Shown here piece after piece: positions 12,101-23,788 of a DNA stretch of 64,000 nt. Position 1 is the stretch's first letter. Every line of letters begins with the position of its first letter. The notes under the pieces were generated by a model, which was not told the DNA's origin, did not search any database, and saw only the letters and a list, made by a program, of their open reading frames with translations. Made by a program: the position numbers and the translations under genes. The stretch covers positions 1,116,001 to 1,180,000 of the forward strand of contig CP142731.1 of NCBI GenBank assembly GCA_036630325.1. Direction: 5' to 3'. The stretch comes from Vairimorpha necatrix. Lineage: Eukaryota.

Positions 12101-13713
12101 AGGCTGTGGCTGCAGTCCAAATTATGTCGGTTTTTAAAGATAGAGTTTTGTGAGAGGCAACGCAGCTTTAAAATATGTTAAGATTATCTTAAGCAATTTT
12201 TGAACAGCCGATAATCAAATTATACAATAAATAAACGCTTTTTCCAGATACACTAATGATATGACCTTCCTTTATTGTATGTTGATAATTAAACATATTT
12301 ATGTTTATAGATAGAATATAATATAGTGAGTCATGAGCAATTAGTTTCAAACATATTAAAGATTTAACATATTAAAAGATGATATATTTTTTGTTAAACC
12401 CGTGGCTAATGACGAATAATGTATAAACATAATATATCAATCATATAAAAATGTATTGGAGAACATAGATATTCTCCGTGATTCAATATATTTATAATAT
12501 GAAAGACATAAGCATAATTCTGTGACTAGAATTAATGCTTTGACGTTTAAAAAATTCTTATTAAATTTTGATTGCAATAAATCCGGCGACAAACTAATTT
12601 AATTTGCTTTTACATCAAATCACTGACTTTTAATACAGACGACTAATATAAATATATTTTCTAAAAATCCCGCCAATTAAATAATATAAATCAATATCCA
12701 TAAAAGACCTTGCATAGTAATAAATTATACTTATATGGATGAAATGGAATAAAAATAACAGATGCCCTATTCTTTATTGAGAAATGTGAATGAGAAAAAG
12801 TTTACTCAAAATCGGGGAGTTTTTTCGTAACGCAAAATAAACTAATATCTCAACACTCATTATTTTCATTAGAAAAAAAAAATTATGATAAAAAGCCAAG
12901 AGAAGTATACAATTCACGAATAGAACAGTTGCGACTTACTTCCCCAAAAATAGTTATCGATGAAAAATTTTATAAAAAAATGATACTTATACAAATCATT
13001 TTGTCGTAAATAGATCCATTCGAAAATTTATAAATTAATATAAATCCCCAAATCTATCCCATCGACCACATAAGCTAAATTAAAATCTCAATTGTATCTT
13101 TAATGTAAGCTACCTAAAAATTAATATTTTGTACGTAGATTATTGACAATCATGAATTTTAATTTTTATGTATATAGTTATCCTGGCTTAAAAATTTAAA
13201 GAATACAAAATCAAATTTTTTATTAGTTTTTAAAATTATCATAACGGTGAGAAACAAAATTATTTTGATTCATAGAGTACTATGGATATTTTTTTTTCTT
13301 TGAAAAATGTTCTGTGTCTATAAAAAAATATTATGTGTCAATATGACCGTTGTGTGATATATTTGACAGGAAGAAATATAAATTGTTATTACATAATCAA
13401 CCGATAGTTTTAATTGTTCTGCTTTAAATAATATCAAAACATAAATTTTAGACACACAGCAATAAGATCAGTTTTTTGTTTATTACGATATGACGTTTTT
13501 GATTCATTAAAAATAATGAAACATCAATTGTATATTTTAGTAACATAAATTACACAATAGGCAGAATTATTATTTTTTAACAGGTTATTGACAAGTTTAC
13601 ACGCTATCACATTTTAAAGATTCCCAATTTCATTGAAAAAATTCACATCTTAATATTTTTTTAAATTACAAAATACAATTTGTATTTCTTAAACCAACTA
13701 CCCTAAAATTTTA

Positions 13714-14814
13714 ATGATATGGCTTTCTTATTTAATAAATATTTTTGCAAAATTTGACGAAGATACAGAATCAAATGATGAAACGTCATCTACAGAAGAT
13801 AAAGAAGAAAGAATTGTTTTTGCAAAAACAAGAAAAGAAATTTTTGACGATTTATGGTCAAATTTTCATAAAAACAAAAGTTTTATTAGGATCAAAGAAT
13901 TTCATATGGCTAAATTTAACGAGGAAAGTTTTAAAGATGATTATATAAAATGTCTGTCTTTAGTTATTAATAAAAAAGATATTTTTCCATCAATTTCTCC
14001 AATATTTTATGATTTGACGGTATCAACACATGAAATTTTATTTGAATTATTTACAAATTTTAGTATGAAATTAAAAAAATGTAAAAATGATTATCAACAA
14101 ATTCTTGATGATATTACGAATGAACTTAAATGCGACAAGGGTACAATTAATTTGCCATTTATACCTGAACTAAAAAGAAAAAAACTTGTTCGTTGTTTAG
14201 AAATTTATAGAAGAAATATGTTTATAGTTAAATGGAGTAGAATTTATAAAAAAAATTATGATGAAGTAGAAGAAAAAGAAGCAGAAAAACAAGATATTGG
14301 TGAATTTAATACGACGGAAGTGGCGATGATTTCTTATTCATTGATGGGATTATGTTATGATTCGGAAATATATGGAACTTTTTCTTTATTGCCCTGTTTA
14401 AATTCAGCATTTAATTATGTATTTTCAGATTTTTTTAAATATGTTTTTGAAAAAAGTAAAAATTTTTTAAATTTTTTCTTGAAAAATAATGAAAGAGAAA
14501 ATTTTGTTTATGAAGATTTATTAGATGATCTTAGTGTTGAAGAAAGTTCTTTATCCGATATGGAAATTTCTAGTGATGAAGATGGTAGCGAGGAATCGAG
14601 TTTAGAAAGCAATGAAGATTATGACGAAAGTGATTCAGAAGAAGAAGAAAGAGAAACTATATTTGGATTTTTGAGGAAATCTTGCCAAAAAAATAATCCC
14701 GATTTTGGTGACGCACCTACGTGGCTTAGAGACAGATTAAAGGGGGAAAGGTATATCGATAAAGGATTCTATAAAGAAAGGCATTATATAATGGGAATAT
14801 TAAGTCCTGAATAA
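13714..14814 (+). CDS. Lineage-specific putative secreted protein (366 aa) with acidic Ser/Glu/Asp tract
   Basis: ATG after CCC (13701-13703); short hydrophobic N-terminus MIWLSYLINIFA; homologous to 7226-8488. Confidence 0.88.
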   Translation: MIWLSYLINIFAKFDEDTESNDETSSTEDKEERIVFAKTRKEIFDDLWSNFHKNKSFIRIKEFHMAKFNEESFKDDYIKCLSLVINKKDIFPSISPIFYDLTVSTHEILFELFTNFSMKLKKCKNDYQQILDDITNELKCDKGTINLPFIPELKRKKLVRCLEIYRRNMFIVKWSRIYKKNYDEVEEKEAEKQDIGEFNTTEVAMISYSLMGLCYDSEIYGTFSLLPCLNSAFNYVFSDFFKYVFEKSKNFLNFFLKNNERENFVYEDLLDDLSVEESSLSDMEISSDEDGSEESSLESNEDYDESDSEEEERETIFGFLRKSCQKNNPDFGDAPTWLRDRLKGERYIDKGFYKERHYIMGILSPE

Positions 14815-15808
14815 AAATTTTAAGATTTAAATATTTTTTTTATTTAACAATTTCCGAATACTTTATAGTTGTATTTCAATGTTACATTAGTAAAAATTTG
14901 TCACTGTCAAAATAAGCCTTCGTTGTCAGGAATTTTATTACAGCAACCTAATAAAGGAAGTTTGTGAATATGGTCCTTCTGAGTTTAAGTGGACTAATAT
15001 GAGTGCGTTCATAAATCTCATGTTGCATTTGAATTTTAAAGCTATTCGCAGGTTTGTAGATTGCTAAAATATCGCAATATATTTTTTTGAAATTTTTTTA
15101 TTTTCGCACTTACAATGTGTTCTTTTTATTAATATCGACATAGCCTTCAACGCGCTACAATAGGAGCCATGTTCAAATTCGGCATTACTAGTCTAATAAT
15201 TTCAATAAAAAATTTTTAAAAATAAATTATTTTACACGATTAAAACCCAATTAATTTGCCTAAAATAGCAGATGATTTGTAAACAACTTTATTCATGACG
15301 AAAATACCAAAGATCCATAAATGCTGCCAAATAATTTTAACAATCGTGTTTTTTTTTCCATATAAAATATATTCAAATTTATATTTGTTTAAAAATAATA
15401 ACACAACCCTTGTTATTATTCAATCTATATATCTTTGATCTATCAAATTCATTTCTAAATAAATTTTTACATTAAAAGTAAAAGTAATATAAAATAAAAT
15501 ATACATAATTTCACTTGCAAATTTCTTATTTATTTCCATACATTAAACACGTATTTAGGTTTATATATTGTTAAAGATAATTGTAAGTTAAGTGGTATTT
15601 ATGTGTAAATCTATTTTTGAATCTTAGTTACCCAACATAAATATTTATAAAATGAATAATACGTGTCATTTTACTATTACATTCTTTTATTTTATAATAT
15701 TATAAAACATGTAGTTTTTATTGTGCTTTTCCCAATTTGTTTATAAACAAACACACAAATTTCCCAGTTTATGCAAAAAAAATATTTAAAGACCCAAAAA
15801 TTCCAAAA

Positions 15809-17908
15809 ATGCATGATTATGAAAAAGTAAACAATGAAATCAAAGAATTCATAAACATGCCAGAAAACATTCCCCACACAATTTCCACTCCAGAATCATC
15901 AAAATGTAATTCCAAAAAAGACGTTATTAATTTATTAACTGAATTACTTGACATCTACAAAGAAATTCAATTATTATTAGAAACCAAAGATTTTGAAAAT
16001 GTAAAAAACAAGATAATTAACAGTGATGTTAAAAATGCCTTAGTATGCGAAAATTTAATGAAAATATTAAAAGATGAATGCCTTGAAAAAGCAGAATTAA
16101 AAAAATCTTTGGAAAATGAAAAAATGAAATTTAAAGAATTAGATTTAAAAAAACAAGAATTAAATCTTAAAATTTCCAAATTAGAAAGTGATTTAGAATT
16201 TTCTAAAAGAACTAATCAAGAAATTAGTAGAGTTATTAAAGATCAAAAGAATTTATTAATAAGTACAAAAGATAAGTTTGAATTAGAAAAAAAACAAAGT
16301 GAAAGTATAAAAAATGTCAATGTTGAATTAGAAATTTTAAGAAATAAGGCGTATGAAAAAGTCAATATTTTAGAAAAAGAAATGAAAATTTTAAAAGATA
16401 AATTATTAGAAAAAGATAAAAATTTTAAAAATTTAAAAAATCAAATTAAAGAAATAGAAAATGAAAAAGAAATTTTAAATAAAAAGATTCTTAATCTTGA
16501 AAAGATTAATGAATCTTTTAAAAATAAATTTAGTATTAAAGAGAAGAATATAGAAATTTGTAATGAAGAATTAGCAAAGTTGATTAGTAAAGATAAGAAA
16601 AATGAAGAAATTTTAGAAGAAATTAAAGAGAAGTCTTCGTATTATGAGAGACTTTATAAAGCGACTAATAAGCAGAATGAATATTTGAATTCTCAATTAG
16701 CCCGATTAATAAATCATGATAATGTAGATAAATTAAAAGAAGATAAATTTGATTCTTCTTTGAGTTTATTGACTACAAGAAGTAAAGAAGAAGAGTATAA
16801 GAAGAGATTTAAGAAGTATAAAAAGAAATATAAAAATAATAAAGATAAAGAAGAAATAAATAAAAAAGAAGTGAAAGAGATTACTAAGATGATAGAAGAT
16901 ATTAAGTTAGAGAATAAGAAGTTGATTAGAGATAAGGATGAGATAGTAAAGAATAATGCGGAGATTTCGAAGACATTAATGGACAAGATAGAGATTTTAT
17001 TAAAGCAGAATCGAGAGTATCAGAATCTTTTAGTAGATAAAAATAAGGTATACAATAAAAATGAGCTGGACAATATAAATGGACTAGATGATACAAATAA
17101 TATTAGAAATATTAAACTTGACTCAGACATATTAAATGATAGTTTCAAGACAGTCAATGAAGATAATAAAATAGAGAATTTTAAGTATGAGAAAGATAAT
17201 AAAATAGAGAATTTTAAGTATGAGAAAGATAATAAAATAGAGAATTTTAAGCATGAGAAAGAAGATATTTATGATGGTAGAGGATTTACAAAAATCAAAG
17301 GAGAAGAAGATGACACTTTATTTCTACATACTCCTGCCTACAGAAGACCTTTTAATTTAGACAATGACTACGAAGAAGACAAAGAAATCAACTATAAAAC
17401 TCCTAAGGATAAAATGCCTTTTTCAAGGCAGAGAAGTTTTAAAGAAACAAAAAGTAAAGATGACAGAGCTAAACTCAATAAAGGTAATCTCTTTAAGAGA
17501 GACACGAATCTCGAATTAGAGGACAGAGTTACGCTCAATAAAGGTAATCTCTTTAAAAGAGACATAAGCTTTAAGAATAACATACGCCCAAATGAAGACA
17601 TACGCTTAAATGAAGAAATACCAAATAAAGGCACGAAACATGAATTTGACTCATCAATTCTTCCCGCTCAAGATGATGTCAAATCTGTGGACAGTTCCAA
17701 GTCCGTGAAGACCACGTCTTCCCTGAAAGACATGCTTAAGAAGACTGAGACTCTTCAGAATAAGTTCAATGACCTTGAGAAGCAGCTAGAAGAAATAAAT
17801 GACTCAGAAATGCCCACTAGTAAAAAGATCCAAGACCAGATACGAGCATACACAGATTATTATTATTCAGATTACTTAGATTTTACTAATGAGAATGATA
17901 TTTTATAA
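15809..17908 (+). CDS. Long coiled-coil protein of unknown function (about 699 aa)
   Basis: Lys/Glu/Leu heptad-rich ORF. The first in-frame ATG is at 15809 (the track start is TTG). Contains internal peptide repeats. Confidence 0.88.
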   Translation: MHDYEKVNNEIKEFINMPENIPHTISTPESSKCNSKKDVINLLTELLDIYKEIQLLLETKDFENVKNKIINSDVKNALVCENLMKILKDECLEKAELKKSLENEKMKFKELDLKKQELNLKISKLESDLEFSKRTNQEISRVIKDQKNLLISTKDKFELEKKQSESIKNVNVELEILRNKAYEKVNILEKEMKILKDKLLEKDKNFKNLKNQIKEIENEKEILNKKILNLEKINESFKNKFSIKEKNIEICNEELAKLISKDKKNEEILEEIKEKSSYYERLYKATNKQNEYLNSQLARLINHDNVDKLKEDKFDSSLSLLTTRSKEEEYKKRFKKYKKKYKNNKDKEEINKKEVKEITKMIEDIKLENKKLIRDKDEIVKNNAEISKTLMDKIEILLKQNREYQNLLVDKNKVYNKNELDNINGLDDTNNIRNIKLDSDILNDSFKTVNEDNKIENFKYEKDNKIENFKYEKDNKIENFKHEKEDIYDGRGFTKIKGEEDDTLFLHTPAYRRPFNLDNDYEEDKEINYKTPKDKMPFSRQRSFKETKSKDDRAKLNKGNLFKRDTNLELEDRVTLNKGNLFKRDISFKNNIRPNEDIRLNEEIPNKGTKHEFDSSILPAQDDVKSVDSSKSVKTTSSLKDMLKKTETLQNKFNDLEKQLEEINDSEMPTSKKIQDQIRAYTDYYYSDYLDFTNENDIL
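17161..17260 (+). repeat. In-frame 33-bp tandem repeat x3 (DNKIENFKYEK)
   Basis: AGATAATAAAATAGAGAATTTTAAGTATGAGAA is repeated, with one substitution in the third copy. Confidence 0.95.
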
Positions 17909-17986
17909 TTTTCATTTTATTTGTGCATTTTGTTTCTTCAAATTTTATTCGTCCCCGAAGAAATAAAAATGAAGTTTTTCTCCCCT

Positions 17987-18676
17987 ATGAAAATGTCAGA
18001 TTTAAAGAAGAAAATCCTCATGAAAGTCAGGAGAGTCGAGTACAAACATGTCAATTATCCAGAAGAATACAAAGAGACAGAAATAAAATATAAAAAATTG
18101 AGAGATAATCTCAATAATGTCTCTGCCAGTATAGCGAATCTTATGAATTATGAGCACGGGGGCAAGGCCCAGAAGAAATTATATCAGGGACTGAGTATCA
18201 TCTCCAGTGTCTCAAAATTGGACTATTTTAAAAGCCACGATGTCTTCGAGTCTATTGGCTCAGTGTGTTCAGATTTCTCAAAGGACGATGACCAAGTAAG
18301 CAGTGAGAATGAGAAGATGTCTAAGGGATATTTCAGAGTATCAGAAATGAAGAAGAAATTTAATGAGAAATTACAGAATGAGATGGAAATATTAAAAGAT
18401 ATAAAAAAGAAGACTGACCAGATTAATAAAGAAAGAGATAATGCTAAAGTTTACAGGTATGACTTAGAGATGGCCAAGGAGAACGAGAGCCATGAGAATA
18501 GACAAGAAGTGGACAGATACGAGGAATTATTTGATAAGGCGTGTATGCAGGCCTTGTCTATGATGAATGATTTTATAGGGGATGATGGGGTACAAGGAGT
18601 ACTTAAGAGAGTCTTGGGGTACAACATAGAATTCTTTAAGAAAAGTCTAGAAGAATTAGAGAAAGTAAATAAATAA
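17987..18676 (+). CDS. BAR-domain-like helical protein resembling microsporidian spore wall protein 12 (229 aa)
   Basis: ATG after CCCCT; all-helical charged protein with a basic N-terminus and YEHGG motif. Size and composition recall SWP12/BAR-2 proteins; the family call is from memory. Confidence 0.65.
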   Translation: MKMSDLKKKILMKVRRVEYKHVNYPEEYKETEIKYKKLRDNLNNVSASIANLMNYEHGGKAQKKLYQGLSIISSVSKLDYFKSHDVFESIGSVCSDFSKDDDQVSSENEKMSKGYFRVSEMKKKFNEKLQNEMEILKDIKKKTDQINKERDNAKVYRYDLEMAKENESHENRQEVDRYEELFDKACMQALSMMNDFIGDDGVQGVLKRVLGYNIEFFKKSLEELEKVNK

Positions 18677-18747
18677 AAGGAAATCTTTATTATGTATAAG
18701 TTTATTAAAGAATGTTTAAATATATTAGTAATATTAATTTTAAATAC

Positions 18748-18917
18748 TAAATATATTTTGAAGTTTGAGACTTAATATATTTTGAAGTTTGAGACTTAAT
18801 ATATTTTTCATCCAATACTAAATATATTTTAAAGTTGGGCTTATTTTAGAGTTTTGATTTTTTTCTAATACTAAACATATTATACAGTTGGGCTTTTTTT
18901 AAAGTTGGGCTTTTTTT
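18748..18917. repeat. Short repeats upstream of BRX1 (24-bp tandem; AGTTGGGCTT x3)
   Basis: AATATATTTTGAAGTTTGAGACTT occurs twice in tandem, with partial copies. AGTTGGGCTT occurs at about 18833, 18886 and 18903. Confidence 0.8.
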
Positions 18918-18927
18918 GCCCTTTCTT

Positions 18928-19533
18928 ATGACTGTTTTAATTCTATCAAGTAGAGGATCTTCAGCACAGACAAGATATTTAGTAAAAGACATCTGTAAAT
19001 TTATAAAATGCGAGGAAGAATCAAAATACGACATAAAACAGAATATTAGATCTCTAGTAGACTTGATGGATCTACACACTTGTAAATCCATCATTTACTT
19101 CGAAACAACAAAAAGAAATCAAAGAGTCTGGTTTGGACTCAGAAATGGCATTTCTATAAAATTCAATGTCTTGAATATTTACACTATGAGAAATCTGAAA
19201 TTCGCTGTAAACTGCTTTAAAGATTGTGGACACATTTTAATGTTCACAGAAGAATTCGATAAAATAGATTATTTAATATCAATTAAGAAAGTATTCAGTG
19301 AGATATTTGACAGTAATGAAGTCAAAGACAGAGCACTGTGTTTTTATTGGGTAGATGAAAAGATATGGATAAGGAATTATGTCATAGAAGATAAAGATAT
19401 GAAAGAAATAGGACCGAGAATGGTATTGGAAGTAGAGAAGATACTTGAGGAATGCTTTAGTGGACCAGTGATGTATTCAAGAAAAGTAGAAGAAGCGAGA
19501 CAAGAACTTAAAGAAACAATAAATCAAAAATAA
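18928..19533 (+). CDS. BRX1: Brix-domain ribosome biogenesis protein, reduced (201 aa)
   Basis: VLILSSRG..RYLVKD, GISIKFNVLNIYTM.NLKF..NC, KIWIRNY and EIGPRMVL are Brx1 signatures. ATG follows CCC. Confidence 0.9.
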   Translation: MTVLILSSRGSSAQTRYLVKDICKFIKCEEESKYDIKQNIRSLVDLMDLHTCKSIIYFETTKRNQRVWFGLRNGISIKFNVLNIYTMRNLKFAVNCFKDCGHILMFTEEFDKIDYLISIKKVFSEIFDSNEVKDRALCFYWVDEKIWIRNYVIEDKDMKEIGPRMVLEVEKILEECFSGPVMYSRKVEEARQELKETINQK

Positions 19534-19969
19534 AACACTCATTTTATGATATATTTTAAAAACAAACAAAATGATATGAAATTTATACTATAATTATATA
19601 TCTCAAAATGATATATTATAAATATATAATATATTATAAATATTTCATATATTATAAATATATAATATATTATAAATTTATGATATCATAGTAAATTATA
19701 ATTCTGTGTCACTTTATCATTTATTTCTGGGTAAACAAACAAATAATAAAAAAACAAACAAAGTCATTTACTATACCACTTCCAACATATCATTAGAATT
19801 ATTATACAATTTTAAACATATTGACAAAATATCAACTAAAAATAAATTTTTTAATTTATTTTTAAATTAAAACATTTTTATATACCAAATTAGTCTAAAA
19901 GTCTCAAAAAACTATAAAAAAAAATCCAGACGGATTTTCTTTTATAAAATAAAAATTTTAGAAACCCCT

Positions 19970-22900
19970 ATGAGTTCAATTTCTGAAATTTCCGAATCTT
20001 CAACTGACAGCACTAGTAGTGAAGAACAAGTTATTAGAAGAAGAGGCAGACCAAAGAAATGGGATGCGCAAATTGCTAAACAACCTGTAAGAAGCAATAA
20101 TGTACTGTATGAAGCACCACTGGGCTATTATTATGTACAACCGCAAGGGAATAAAGTACTTTATGTTAATCCACTAGTACAAAGGGGCTTTTATAACACT
20201 TTTAATGTACCACCATCACAAGCTCTAAATATAAATAGCATGTCAAATATAAGCTTCTATCAGAATATACAATCTTCAAATATGTTTGTACAACCAAAAC
20301 AATATCCAAAACAAGTAAAACCAAAAAGAGAAGAAAGATATAATTATGTACCAGAAAAAAGAACAAAGAGAGCAGCAGCGACTACGGCCATAAGCGCAGG
20401 AAGAAGAGATGATATAAATAATGACGACTGGGAACCAGAAATAGAATATGAAGAAGAAGACGCTATAGAGAAATTATTGAAATTTGATGAAGAGACAAAT
20501 TCTTACTTAGTTAAGTTCAGGTATAAAAGTTATTTACACTGCGACTACGTAAAAAAAGAAGAAATTTGTAAAACAAAAGGAGGAGCAATAAAAGTCAAGA
20601 GATTTGTTCCGCCTTTGGAACCTTTTGACCCGGAATTTATAAAAGTAGACCGAGTTTTACATGAAGATTTTAGAAATGGGAAAATTTATATTGTAAAATG
20701 GAAGAAACTTCCTTACGAATTGAGCACTGAAGAATACGCTGAAGATTTACTTAAATGCGAAGGATTTGAAGAAGAATTAAAAAAATATAGAGATAGAAAA
20801 AAAATCAGAGTCATGAGATATGGCCTGGATTGGAGACCACCAAGGGAATTACAAGTGAAATTTGAAGAGAGTCCAGTTTATAAAGGAAATAATAAACTAA
20901 GAGCTTACCAATTAGAAGGGTTAAATTGGCTACTAAATCGATGGTATCATAAAATTAGTTGTATAATGGCGGACGAAATGGGACTGGGTAAAACTGTCCA
21001 ATCTGTCGTATTTGTCAATAGCCTTTTTACTAAATTTGAATACAATGGGCCTGTGCTCATTGTGGCGCCTTTGAGCACTTTGGTCCACTGGGAAAGGGAA
21101 TTTTTAGCTTGGACAGATTTGAGAGTCTTGATTTATCACGGAAGTATACAAGGCAGGAGTATGATAGCAGAATACGAATTCTTTATAAAAGGCGGGTCTA
21201 ATAAAGTAGGCTTATTTGATATAATGATCACTACTTACGAAATGGTAATGGCTGGTTTTGATCACATTTCTCAATTTAACTGGTCGGCTGGAATATTCGA
21301 CGAGGCGCACAGATTGAAAAATGCCTCGTCAAAAGCGGCGTCAACTCTGAGAAATATAAATTTTAATCATAAAGTACTCCTAAGTGGTACGCCTTTACAG
21401 AACAATATAAGTGAATTGTGGGCTTTATTAAACTTTATAAATCCTGTAGAGTACAATGATAGTGCGAGATTCCTGGCTTCTCATAAATTGGAAGATATCG
21501 CAGACGTAGAGAAACTTCAAGCTTTGTTGCGTCCTCTGATGTTACGAAGAATGAAAGAAGATGTAGAAAAAACTATACCTATGAAAGAAGAAACAATCGT
21601 GGAAGTAGAACTGACAATGATCCAGAAAAGATATTACAGGGCGATCTTGGAAAAAAATTTAGATTTTTTGACAAAAGGTCATAAAGATTCTGCGCCTAAT
21701 CTACTGAATGCTATGATGGAACTAAGGAAATGTTGTATACATCCTTACTTAATAAACGGAGCAGAAGAGAAAATTATAGGAGATTTCTTAAAAAGAAAGA
21801 AAAAAGAAAATGTCGAATCTCCTGTAGTCGAGACTGGAGATCTTTCTGATTTAAATATTCCTGTAATTTCTAATACTCAGAAAATCGTCATAGGTAATGA
21901 TCTCATTACTGATATTGACGAATATTATAAAATTCTTATACAAAGTTCAGGGAAACTCGTCTTACTAGACAAATTACTAAATAAACTTTATGGTCATCAT
22001 AAAGTACTCATTTTTTCGCAGATGACGAAATGTCTCGATTTATTGAGCGAGTACCTCGCTTATAAAAAATATAAATTTGAAAGAATCGACGGAGGAGTCA
22101 GAGGAGACCACAGACAAGCCGCTATAGACAGATTTAGTGACGTAAATAGTGATGGATTCGTATTTCTACTTTGTACTAGAGCAGGAGGAGTTGGTATAAA
22201 TTTGACTGCTGCTGATACAGTCATAATTTTCGACTCGGATTGGAATCCACAAAACGACTTACAAGCTCAAGCGAGATGTCACAGAATTGGTCAAACTAAC
22301 GAAGTAAAGATTTATAGACTTGTAACAAGAAACACTTACGAAAGAGAAATGTTCGATAAAGCAGGTATGAAATTGGGACTAGATCGGGCAATATTACAAA
22401 AAATGACATTTGAAGGACAAAAGAACGAAAAAGTAAAGAAAAAAGATGCAATCGAAATGTTATTGCGTAAAGGTGCGTATGGCGTCTTAATGGAAACTGA
22501 CGAAGCAAGTAAAAAATTTTGCGAAGAAGATATTGATCAAATTTTAGAAAGACGAACTAAAGTCATAAAACATTCTGACGGAGGAAATGCATTTTCTAAA
22601 GCATCTTTTCAAGTTGATGAAGAAATTGATGATCCATTTTTCTGGGAAAATTTATTAAGTAAAAAACGAAACGAAGAAAATGAAGGCAGAGTAAAAAGAC
22701 AAATGCGAAGAATTGCTAGAGATGAAACATTAAATGAGGAACAAATCAAAGATGTAGAAAAATATTCTAATTTGCGACTTGAAAATGAAGAAGAATTTTC
22801 TGAATTTTTAATTTTAAAAATTTTTATAATTTGTCTGGCCGATGGATTGGGCCCACTTGGGCTGAGTTTTAATGGACCAAATTTGGAATTAAAAAAGTCT

Positions 22901-23788
22901 ATGACTGCAAATTTACTACTAAAAGATAATTTGTCTCATAATTTAGGACCTAAAGATTTAGAAGATCTAAAAAACAAGGACATTTTACTACATTTTAAAT
23001 ATTTAGTAAAATATCTAGTAGATCAAATAATAAATCAGAAATTGAGATCTGATTTCTCATATTGTCTTGATCAAGTACTAGATGAGAACTATGACCCGAG
23101 TTTATTTGACAAGTATAAAGATTTTTATACAAAATATAATGAAAAATGCTTGTTAAGAATACAAATTTTATTTTTAACAAATTTATTACTGCAGACAGAG
23201 ACAATAAACGTGGAAAAGACAAGAGGATGGAGTTTAGAAGACGATAAGAAACTGGTAGAATGTTTATTTACTAATGGATATGGTAAATATCCAGAGAAAA
23301 TTAAAAATAAGTCAGACGACGAATGCAATCAAAGATTAAGAAAAATTATTAGTACATTAAACAGAATGAGAGAAATGGCAGAGGCGGATAGTGTGAACTA
23401 TAAAGCTATAATGAAATTTGGTAGGGTGACTGAGCATAACGAAGACAATGTCTTGAAATATTTAGGAGACAGAGATTTAAATTCTTTAAGAGAAAATATT
23501 ACGAATATTTTGAACACGACAAGGAGGACGAGATCGCAGAGCGACACGGAATGTTATGAACGAATAATGTTTTTTGATAGATTGTCTGAAGTAGGCGACA
23601 TATCAAACATAAGAAAAGTCAATTTACCGCGAGGGTGGACTAAAGAAAAAGACTCAATGTTGAAAGAACATTTATTGGAAAAAGGATTAGTAAATGTAGA
23701 AGAAGAATTTGGTATGACAGAAGAAGCCTGCATTAAAAGGTGTGAGACGATTATAAAAAGCCTAAAAGAGAAATCGGTGGAAGAATAA
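19970..23788 (+). CDS. CHD-family chromodomain SNF2 chromatin-remodelling ATPase (1272 aa)
   Basis: AT-hook RRRGRPKK; tandem chromodomains (YLVKFRYKSYLHC, YIVKWKKLPYELST); ADEMGLGKT, DEAH, SGTPLQN and DSDWNPQNDLQAQARCHRIGQ. The FCEEDIDQILERR..FSKASF segment is CHD6-9-like. Confidence 0.96.
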   Translation: MSSISEISESSTDSTSSEEQVIRRRGRPKKWDAQIAKQPVRSNNVLYEAPLGYYYVQPQGNKVLYVNPLVQRGFYNTFNVPPSQALNINSMSNISFYQNIQSSNMFVQPKQYPKQVKPKREERYNYVPEKRTKRAAATTAISAGRRDDINNDDWEPEIEYEEEDAIEKLLKFDEETNSYLVKFRYKSYLHCDYVKKEEICKTKGGAIKVKRFVPPLEPFDPEFIKVDRVLHEDFRNGKIYIVKWKKLPYELSTEEYAEDLLKCEGFEEELKKYRDRKKIRVMRYGLDWRPPRELQVKFEESPVYKGNNKLRAYQLEGLNWLLNRWYHKISCIMADEMGLGKTVQSVVFVNSLFTKFEYNGPVLIVAPLSTLVHWEREFLAWTDLRVLIYHGSIQGRSMIAEYEFFIKGGSNKVGLFDIMITTYEMVMAGFDHISQFNWSAGIFDEAHRLKNASSKAASTLRNINFNHKVLLSGTPLQNNISELWALLNFINPVEYNDSARFLASHKLEDIADVEKLQALLRPLMLRRMKEDVEKTIPMKEETIVEVELTMIQKRYYRAILEKNLDFLTKGHKDSAPNLLNAMMELRKCCIHPYLINGAEEKIIGDFLKRKKKENVESPVVETGDLSDLNIPVISNTQKIVIGNDLITDIDEYYKILIQSSGKLVLLDKLLNKLYGHHKVLIFSQMTKCLDLLSEYLAYKKYKFERIDGGVRGDHRQAAIDRFSDVNSDGFVFLLCTRAGGVGINLTAADTVIIFDSDWNPQNDLQAQARCHRIGQTNEVKIYRLVTRNTYEREMFDKAGMKLGLDRAILQKMTFEGQKNEKVKKKDAIEMLLRKGAYGVLMETDEASKKFCEEDIDQILERRTKVIKHSDGGNAFSKASFQVDEEIDDPFFWENLLSKKRNEENEGRVKRQMRRIARDETLNEEQIKDVEKYSNLRLENEEEFSEFLILKIFIICLADGLGPLGLSFNGPNLELKKSMTANLLLKDNLSHNLGPKDLEDLKNKDILLHFKYLVKYLVDQIINQKLRSDFSYCLDQVLDENYDPSLFDKYKDFYTKYNEKCLLRIQILFLTNLLLQTETINVEKTRGWSLEDDKKLVECLFTNGYGKYPEKIKNKSDDECNQRLRKIISTLNRMREMAEADSVNYKAIMKFGRVTEHNEDNVLKYLGDRDLNSLRENITNILNTTRRTRSQSDTECYERIMFFDRLSEVGDISNIRKVNLPRGWTKEKDSMLKEHLLEKGLVNVEEEFGMTEEACIKRCETIIKSLKEKSVEE

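Noticed and set aside
19605-19685. ATATTATAAAT repeats between BRX1 and the CHD gene
   Set aside because: Low-complexity AT slippage, expected at this base composition.
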